Of a DNA stretch of 64,000 bases, positions 53,506-63,000 are shown piece after piece. Position 1 is the first letter of the stretch. Each line of letters begins with the position of its first letter. The stretch is from Raillietiella orientalis (Eukaryota), in NCBI GenBank assembly GCA_036172245.1, contig JAYWIR010000120.1, positions 1 to 64,000 on the forward strand. The letters are read 5' to 3'. Under the pieces are notes generated by a model. It did no database searches, was not told the DNA's origin, and saw only the letters and a list, made by a program, of their open reading frames with translations. Both the position numbers and the translations under genes were made by a program.

Positions 53506-53783
53506 CTCACTTCCGCCCTATTAGACTCCGCAACATTTTAGGTGCTCTCTATTTGAATGCCCGTGAGTACGGAGCTTCACCAAAGACCCGTTACCCCTCC
53601 CTCCAGATTTTTTTTTTTTTTTTTATGTGTTACCTCTCTACTCCCTCAGTGTTCTTGGAAGCGGTTTGTTAACCAGGCCTGTGTGCCGGTAACTTCTCTT
53701 TGCTCCTTGTCGTTTCTTTGGTTAAGTACATCGTCTTTGACCGGTTTATTCTCAATAAACGCCCCAGCGTGACCGGGTGAAAA
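53431..53783 (+). mobile_element. 3'UTR-only LINE insertion (~350 bp)
   Basis: T-rich tract, CTGTGT-loop hairpin (~53672-53690), AATAAACGCCCCAGCGTGACCGGGTGAAAA; ACTT(CAA) target sequence on both sides. Confidence 0.8.
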
Positions 53784-54207
53784 ACTTCAACATCCGCCTG
53801 CTGTCGGAAGCGCCCGACATACGAGCACAATTGGTAAACGAGTTGTTTGCGTCGTTGCACGCGCGCAACTTCTTGGCCGATAAAGCCGACGTGACACGCA
53901 GAATCGACCACGTGTTCCTCGACAACCACCTGTGCAAGCGGGTGGGGACTCGAGGAGCACTTGCGTCGGAGCTGTCCGATCACACTTGGCTAGTGCTCAA
54001 CATCCATCCGCGCAACAGAGGTCCAGCCCCCGAAGAGTGGCGCCTGCCGGGAGACTGGTTGCGACTCGCAAGAGCGCGCGAAAATCTGCACGCATTCCTG
54101 CGTGGTTGCGAACTGCAGACTCTCGCTGACTGAGATAAAATCAAACGCTCAGTCCGAGAGTTCTGCGACCAGTTTCCCCTCCATCAACTTCCTCCAGGTT
54201 TCGGCAA

Positions 54208-57200
54208 TGCCACCAGGATACGCCGGGACGTTTATTAAAAACATTTCAACAGTTAATACAGAACCTGGTACAAAGCCCCACTGACGGCCACGCAATAAAG
54301 GAACTGCTGGGACACCGGGACGCAGCCCGGTGTGAATCTCCTCGGCAGTGGAGGGGGATGGAAGAGAAAACAAAAATTAAATAAAAAGAGAAAAACAAAC
54401 AACAAAAGGAGTTTGGAGGGCCGGGAAAGGATCACAGAAAACTGCTGGGAGGGCCCATCCTTTGCAGGAAGCCTTCTAGTTCCATTTTCAATTTTCCTAG
54501 ATGGGGCCATCGGGTAGCTCTCTGCAAAAAGCGAGAAGCATACTCGATGACGTCCTATACGATGCAGTCTTCATCTTCGGCATCACTCCAGGCCGCCACG
54601 ATACCACGAATGCAGCAAAGTGCTGCCAGGGCTGCGGCTGGACTGAGGGCGTCCCGCACGAAGACAAGAGTGTAAACACATCCAACGTTGCCACCATCCG
54701 GTATCCTAAGGGCCGTTTTAAGACGATCCCACAGAATTCGAACGGCAGGGCATTCAACTAAGAGGTGGGGGAGCGACTCCCGCTCCCCACACCTGGCACA
54801 CGCAGAATTTACTCTTCCCCGCGTCCAGTGGAAGCGGCGCGCGATGCAGGGTAGACCCCAATGCATCCACAAAAGCGCCGATTCTTGCCAATTCAGAAGA
54901 AGAATCCTGGATACAAGTAGAACCGGGTGCCACTTCAGGTCATCCAATCGAATGCCGAGCAGCTCGCCCCATCTTCTTAATCGACGTGGCTGGTGACTAG
55001 GGGTCGTTGCATCTGTCAACTCTCCTATGGTCCAACCGTTCGTCATGTTCTCTCTGCCTGCGATACGGCAGCAGACTTGCCACCTTGGCTTCCGGCTTTT
55101 GTAAAGCGCCCTTTGGAGGAAGGGCATCGCCGTAAAAAGAAGTGTGCCTTCCGCCCACGTGCAACTCGGTGTAAATTCAAGAATTTCACGTAGAGTTCGG
55201 CGGGCGTAAAAGACGACTCGCAGGCAGTTCCTCCGTTCTTCGCACCTCTGGTTCTGCTTGGCCCAGGTGCCAGCAGTATATTCCAGCCAAGCGGAGGAGT
55301 TGGCGAGCCCACAAACCACCCAGTCGTCCTCCTTTGCCAGGGTTGCCATGCGGCCGAGCAGTAGACAGCATCTTCGAATCTTCCGGCCAGGGCACAGAAG
55401 ACACGATGCGAGTCCTTCGCAGCGGGACACAAGCCTGGCCAGAAGGCGGGCCGGAATGCACCAAGCGGTGCTCCATATCTTTGCTGCGATGGCGAGGGTT
55501 TGCCATCGTAGCTGGATTTCCACGCGCTCCAGCGTCAGCATGCTGAGACCGCCGTCCCGACGCGGAGCGCACAAGTCCTCCAAAGGGACTCGGGGCCTCC
55601 CCTTGTTCCAAAGGGCTATGCGGAGGAGGTCCTTCGTGCGCTCTTTAGATTCCACGGGGACGGGGCAAACAAAAAGCAAGGGGCGAAGGATGAAGGCCGG
55701 GAAGGCGTTCCAAACCGCGGCCCGTTCTAGGAAGTAAAACTTGCCTTCCAGGAACGGGCCGATCGCCGTCTCGACTTTTTGGAGGCAGCTGGACCACGCT
55801 TTTGCACGGGGAGAAGTTTCCCAACGGCACACCAAGGTACTTGATACACCTTACCGTGGGGATCCCCAGACGGACCCAGTCCTGTTACCCTGCCCACGCC
55901 GCTCCAACTGGCACCACCGACGACTTCGCCCTGTTAACCTGTAATCCGGCCCCACGGCTAAGCAGGTCGAAAAAATCCCCGACCGCCTTCGCTGGTGTGG
56001 ACATAGGTAAGAGGAGCAGAAGATCGTCGGCATATGCCGCTACGGCTGGCGTGCTGGGGCACGAGCTCGGCAAGGGGGCCAAAGTCACCCTGTACGCTCT
56101 CAGCACCAACTCAGCGTAGGTGCTAAAGAGCAGGGGGCTGAGGCTGTCTCCCTGCCTTATGCCCGCCGTACCCGCACGCCATACACTTTTTGACCACTGA
56201 CAGTAATCGAGATTATCGCGTTCCTCCAGCAAGAGCGCAGGTAGGTAATCAAGGAGGGTAGGAAGCCCATGCGATCCAGGAGCTCCAAGAGGAGTTCCTG
56301 ATCAACACAGTAGAATGCCTTATGGAGGTCGACTGCGATCGCTAAGGCCCCTTTCCCGCATAAGGGTCCCTACCCTGTCCCACTGGCGGCCCCAAAGTAG
56401 GGTTGCAAATTTTCCCTTTCCTTTCTTTCTTACTCCGCTGCGCGTGCATCCATGTGTTCGCGAAGAAGAGGTTGTCCTTCATACTTCGCCCGGGAACAGC
56501 GTAAGTCTGCTCCGGGCTAATTATGGAATTGGACACCTGCCCCAATTGCGACGCCCACAGCCCGGCAATCAACTTGGCGTCCGTGTTCACGATCGTGATC
56601 GGACGCCAGTTGCAAAGTTTCCTGAGGTCTCCTCCCTTCGGGAGGAGCCTCACCCTGGCTGACTGAAACGAGGCGGGAACATCGCCTTCGTCTCGGATTC
56701 GCCTTGTCAACTCGAGCACCAGGGGGGCCAGCTCTTCCGCGAAACTCTGAAAGAACTCCGCGAGCAAGCAGTCCTTCCCTGGCGCCTTACGCCTCTTGAG
56801 CCTTTTGATAGCAGCGAGAATTTCACCGGTCGTGAAAGGCTCATCGAGGCTTTCTCTCTCCTCCTCCCCTATCGCCACGGAACCACTCATGAGCAATCGC
56901 CGCGATGCGTCTTGTTCGGGTGGTGTTTTGGCGTAAAGGGAGGAATAAAAACACCGCACGAGATTCCGTACCGCAGACGGAGACGAACGTTCCCGGCCCA
57001 GGTCATCCAGCAAGCTGGCCGACCCGGATTGCCAGGCTTGGCGTTCGGCCCCGGCGCGGTACTCGGCCAGGCGACGGACATTAGGGGTTCTCTCGTACCT
57101 ACGAGCCTGTAAATAGGCCCGATGGTTGCGAGCACCCTCGCCGAATCCGGGGGGCAGGCGATCCAGGGGGAACTGCTCACAGAACTCGCGGACGGATTCC

Positions 57201-59873
57201 TTAAAAAGGTCCCAGTCCTGGAGATTCCGGAGCGTGACACCTCTCAGGTATTCGCGAAGGTATTCCTTCGCACCTGAGAGTCGCGTCCAGTCCCCCGGCA
57301 GACGCCAATTCCTGGATGGCGGTCCCTTGTCGCGCGGGCGCATCTCGAATAATAACCGGGAATGGTCCGACAGCGTCGATCCAAGTGTCCCTCGTTTTCC
57401 GACCCGTGTGCACAGGTCTTCGTCGAAGAAGACGTGGTCCACGCTGCTGACCATCCCACTTATTTCTGTCAACCAGTTGCGCGCGCGCATGGTGGCGCAC
57501 AACTCGTTGATCGCGTTCCCCTGTGCTCCGGGCTGATCTGAGAGCAGACGGACGTTGAAATCCCCTGCTATCAGATGCGCCTTTCGCACGTCCGCGTCCA
57601 CCAGCCATTCGCGCTTCAAGGTTTCCAGTAACGCGTTGCGCTGCTGGTATCCCTGTTTACCGCTAGGAGCGTACACATTGGTGACGATGAGGTCGATCGA
57701 CTCGGACCATCTGAGAATCAGTTGGCCGATCCGTCCGTCGTCCCCAAAGCGCACGCCCTTCACGGCCGCGTTAATGGCTGGCTTTAGGAAGAACGCGACC
57801 TCACAAGTGTTGCGGGCGCCGCATCGCTAGTACAACCGCCCTCCCGCGATCGTTTCGATCTCCTGGGCGTCTTTTGCGGTGATCACGTGGATCTCTTGCA
57901 AAAGCACCAGGTCGAAATCTCGCAAGGTGGCGGCTGTATCTCGTCTGTTTCCGTCGTCGCGCAGCCCGTTAACATTCCAACTGGCCGCGCAGATCCGACG
58001 GCGACAGGCGAGTCCAGGTGTTATTCCTGGGAACCTGGGGGTGGTGCTCCCGCCACCTTTTGGGGCGGGTCGCTGGACGGGGTTGGCGTCTTGCCCACCA
58101 ACTCCCCATCCTTCTTTCGTGCCGACGTCTCCGGCTGCCCGTGCGAAGGGGGTGTTGTTCGTACCTGTTGGCCCACATCCATTGGTGCGGGTGGTTCAGG
58201 TTCGGCGGTTTCAGAGGGCATTGCTGACCCCTGGTTACCCTCCTCCATTGGAGTCGCCTCCTCGTCGGCTTCCGCACGTGGCTGATGCCCGACTTGGGCT
58301 CCCACGCTCCCATCCACTGGTTCCTCCACCATTGCATCCCCCTCGCGCGGAGGCGGATTGTACCTTCGGGGTTTCTGGGATTTTCGCCCCGCTTTGCTTG
58401 GTGGTGCTTCCGCAGAGGGGGATGCACTTCCGGCCTACCGGTCCGACTCACCTGCGGGGGCCACTTTAGCCGCTGCCGGCCTACGCAACCCCTTTCGCGA
58501 AGGGTTCTCGCGTTCGGCAAGCGTTGCCGCAAGCTCCTCGGCGGCCTTCTCGAAGGCTGCGTCCTTGGTTTCGGCAATTTGGTCGTCCGGCTGACCCTCT
58601 TCGCAAGCAGGGGGTGGGTTTTCGCGCGCATTCGTCGCGGCGGGAAAATCGATCGAAGCCGTATCGCCTCCGGTGGTGTCGGCGGGAACGTCAATGCGCT
58701 CCAGCGTAACCGTGCATTCTCGGAGAGTTTTTACGCGCGACACGGATTGAGCTTTTGTTCCGGCCGCCGCCTTCTCTCCTTTCTTCGGGACATGCTTGTC
58801 CTTTTTCTCTTTTTTGGCTTTGACTAGCTGCCAGCCCTGTTCTCCCTCTGCGGTTTCCGGAAGATTTTTCTCCGATGCCGCGCTTGGAGCTTGGGTTATT
58901 AGAAGCTTTTCTCGGCCAGTTTCACGGGTTTCCAATTTTTCTTTCCCCGCGCGTTTCCCTTGCGCCTTTTAGGCGGCCGAGGAAATTGGGGTGGGGCGTT
59001 TAAGGCACACGCGACGGACGTGTCCTTTCTCCCCACACAAGTAGCATACGATGTTTGGACACCTGTTTCGGATGTGTCCGACCGCATCGCAGTAGCCGCA
59101 ATACCGTGGCTTGCCCGCATATCAGAAGTCTACCGGTTCTCCCGCGACCTCAAGTTTGTGGGGTAGCTTCGCTTCGTCTTTTGGGGTTACGCGTGCCGCG
59201 GCGAGGCCCCCGAAGTGGCGTCCGTAGCCCTCAAAGATTGTGGGCTTCGGCCACAGCGCGTGTACGTCCACGTACTTACTTAATTCTGCTTTTACGGCAG
59301 TGCGCGTCATGCGCTTGGATATTCCTGTCAAGTGAACCACTACCGAGTGGTCCATTGACACAAAGAAGATCTTACGGCCGTCCATGATCAGCGGGGTATT
59401 CATAAGGCGATCGGCTAGGCTGATGCTCTTGCACACCAGCTCAACCCGCTGCGCCCCGCTGAGCACGCACAGACCTTCCAGATCTTCCACACGGACATTA
59501 GCATTTTGAAGCGCTCTGCTGAAAGAGCGCGCCGTGTTCCCTTCAAAAAAAGGGCCTACCTTGTATACAAGCGATGGCTTGTATTCAGAGGCCCGATAGG
59601 CGGCTTCCTCGGCCATGGCCTCTGCACTGGGGGCGGCGACCATTTCACTCCAAGTCTTCGCCGGCTGCGAAGACGTTCCAGGGACTCTTGCCCCCATAGC
59701 TGTAGGTCATGTGGTAGGACTTGCCTCCCTCACAACTACATCCATCGCGGTGTCCTCTGGCACGGCTGCCATCGGACACCGACGACCCACACTTTACACC
59801 TGACTACACTGAAAACTCCGGCTGCTTCCCAGACAAGCGCTGGCGGAGCGACCAAAAAACACGTCCACCCACA
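54208..59873 (-). mobile_element. Full-length (~5.67 kb) family B L1/Tx1-like LINE, decayed; ORF1 ~59772-58021, ORF2 ~58020-54432
   Basis: 5' motif (rc 59845-59866), ORF1 with two knuckles, EN (SWNVNGL, NVYAP, GDFN, DH, SDH), RT (YADD ~56025-56036), zinc finger, 3' hairpins; imperfect 14-bp TSD ccaggtttcggcaa / ccggctttcggcga. Confidence 0.95.
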
Positions 59874-60054
59874 CCGGCTTTCGGCGAAGGCGTGAGGAAC
59901 GACAGGAACTATCTCCAGGCCCGTCGTTTCTCTAACAAGCCCGACGTCCGTCGCCTGGCGGAGATCAAGGCTGCAGCGGAGAGGCAGGCCTGGCAATCCG
60001 GGTCTGCCTGCTTGCTGGACGAAGAAGGCCAGGAGCACTTATCTCCAGCGCAGG

Positions 60055-63000
60055 TTTTTCACCCGGGTATGCCGGGGCTTTTATTACTAAAATTTTGAAA
60101 TTACAAAATTTTGTAACAAAGTCTATGTTGTTAAAATTTTTCTTTTTACGACGTCAGAAGTTCAGTTCAGAAGTTCAGTAGCACTTGTCCTTACCGACCC
60201 GGAGGTCGATAAGGCCCTTCACTGTCGCCGGGACGGGAAAAATAAAACAAAACAAAAACAAAAAAAAGAAAAACGTCTGGAGGGCAAAGTTTTCTGGGGA
60301 GGGGGAGGGCGGGAGGGGATCACGGTGCGCCGTGAGCAGGCCTTTGCATCCGGTTTCGGATGCGAACAAGTGCTGGCAAATGTTTTTGAAGTCGGCGCCA
60401 ACGGCACGCTTTCTCCAAAGAGATCGCTGCCCAGTGGATGGCATTCCGGCTGGTCCTTCCTCTCCTAGACGCGGTCCACTTCTCCAGGATACCGCGTATG
60501 CAGCAAAGCACTGCTACGCTCCCGGAGGCTGGCAAGCCGTCTCGCGTCAGAAGGCGTCTGAATAGATTTTTCGGATCACCCTCCGGAATGTTGAGGATCG
60601 ACGAGAGTCTGTCCCACATTTCGTGGAGGGCAACACACTCCAGAATCAAGTGGGGGAAGGTCTCCCTTTCCCCGCACTCTGCACAACTAGCATCCACATT
60701 CCCCGATGTCCAGCGAGACAGGCGTGCTCTGCTTAAAAGTCCCCAGTGGAGCAGAAGCAACGCCGTCTCCTGCCACTGCAGGGGAAGGGTGCCGTTGTCC
60801 CATGACGCTGGGGGCCACTTAACCTCCTCCGGAGGTATACCGAGCAGCGCGCCCCAGCGTGAAAGTCCGTTCGGTGGGACACTCGGGGTACTAGCGTCCG
60901 CTAGTTCCCTCGGCGTCCACGCCTTCAGTGATTTCTTCCTGCCTCCGATGAGGCAGGACACTTCCCAAGATGCCTTTTGGTGGCTGTCCCGAACTTTCCT
61001 GAGGAAGGGCAGCACTGGGGCAAGGGGGGTGAAGGAAGCCCACAGAAGTTTCCGTGGGTTAGAAACGATCTCCTGGAGTGGCTGACCAGCGTGCCTCCCT
61101 CTGCGGAGGCAGGAGAAGTCCTCATCGCTGGTGCCATTGATCTTCGCCCATGCGGATACGGACTCCTGAAGCCAGGTAGTCCAGTCCGCTGGGATGCAGG
61201 AGATCCAAGGGTTGTCTCTCATCAGAGCAACCAAATCCCGCAGCTGATAACCACAATGGTTCTGGCTGCGTTCGTTGGCTACCAGGATTGAAGTCAATCC
61301 GACGCAGCCGGTGGCCCTGTGAGCAAGGAGTCTTGCTGGTGCACACCAGGGTGCTGTCCAAAACTTTGCCACAAGGGCAAGTTTTCTGAATTGGAGCTGT
61401 CGCTCCATGCGCTCCAACGTCTGGGGACCAAGTCCACCGTCCCTGCGTGGAGCGCACAAGTCTTTGAGCCGGAAGCGAGACCTCCGGTTGCCCCAGAGGG
61501 CTTTACGTATAAGGCCCCTAGTCCGTGTCCTAGTTTGGTAAGGTGTAGGGCACACAAAAAGTAGGAGGCAAAGGAGGGGGGCCGCGAAAGCGTTCCATAC
61601 CGTGGCCCGTTCCTGCAAGTGGTACTTGCCGTCCCGGAACGGGCCGATCGCCAGCTCCACCTTTTGTAGACGGTCGGACCAGGCTTCTGCAGAGCAGAAG
61701 TCCCCCAACGGAACGCCAAGGTACTTGATGTACCTGCCCGTGGGGATCCCCAAGCGGATCCAGTCCGACCGTCCGGCCCTCGTCGAGTCGGTGAAAAGCA
61801 ACGACGATTTCGTCCTGTTTACCTGGAGGCCTGTCCCACGGTATAGCAACTCGAAGAAATCCTTGAGCGCCGATGCCGGGGTGGACCCAGGAAGCAGGAG
61901 CAGAAGATCGTCGGCATAGGCCGACACGGCAGGCGTGCCGGGACACGAGGTCGGCAGGGTTGCCAAAGTCTCCCTGTATGCTCTCAGCACCAACTCAAAG
62001 TAGATGCTGAAGAGCAAGGGGCTGAGGCTGTCACCCTGCCGGATGCCACGACGAACCGGCACGCCGAACACGTGCCGGCCGCTGAAATTGATATTGATGA
62101 GCGCGAAGCGCCAGCAGGAGCGCAGGTAGGTCAGAAAGACGGCCGGAAATCCCAAGCGTTCCAGGAGCTCCAGAAGGAGCTCCTGGTCGACGCAGTCGAA
62201 AGCTTTACGCAAATCGACTGCGACCGCAAGGGCTCCAGGCACCGCATCTTCTTCCCGGCTTCCCTCCCTCCTATCAATAGAGAGTCCAGGACCTTCCCGA
62301 CGTAGCTGCGCCTCGCGTTGCTGCAACTGCCAGAATGTGCTGGCGAGGAACAGGTTGGCCTCCAAGGTATGTCTGGGAACAGCGTATGTCTGTTCCGGAC
62401 TGACCACGAAGTCCGCAATCCTTGCCAGGCGCTCAGCTCACAGTTTGGCGAGCAACTTTGCGTCCGCATTCACTACAGTGATGGGACGTCAGTTGCCAAC
62501 GTTGCGCAAGTCTCCTCCCTTAGGAAGGAGACGTACTCTAGCTGACCGGAACGAGTTGGGGACAACCCCACGTTCACGGATCAGCATACATAGTTTTAGC
62601 ACCAGGGGGGCCAGCTCTGCCGCGAAGTGTTGGTAGAATTCAGCTGGCAGGCCGTCTTCCCCTGGTGCTTTGTTTTTTCTCAATTTAGTGATGGCGGAGA
62701 TTATCTCCTCCATTGTGAACTCTTGGAGGAAGATGTTTATTTCTTCCTCCCTCAACGCGGGAGCACCCTCTGGCAGCAAACGCTGCGCAAAGGAGCGCTC
62801 TGGTGGTCTCAGCGCGTAAAGGGAGGAATAGAAATTCCGCAGAATGCGGCAAACCTGCTCTGAAGATGAGTGCTCCTGGCCTTCTTCGTCCAGCAAGCAG
62901 GCAGACCCGGATTGCCAGGCCTGCCTCTCCGCTCCAGCCTTGATTTGCGCCAGGCGACGGACGTCGGGCTTGTTGGAGAAACGACGGGCCTGGAGATAGT

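Larger units (their letters stand above)
53225..60057 (+). mobile_element. Family E host LINE (EN plus linker) split into colinear pieces: 53225-53430, 53784-54207, 59874-60057
   Basis: The pieces align end-to-end with the reverse complement of ~62850-63635 (QFDEEGRVG..AG.FN | FNIR..PPGFG | FGEGVRNDR..EHLSPAQV). Confidence 0.9.

Noticed and set aside
844..62491. RIP- or APOBEC-like hypermutation suggested by repeated TGG-to-stop changes
   Set aside because: Stop-creating changes are the ones visible by eye; no context-specific count was made, and ordinary transitions are sufficient
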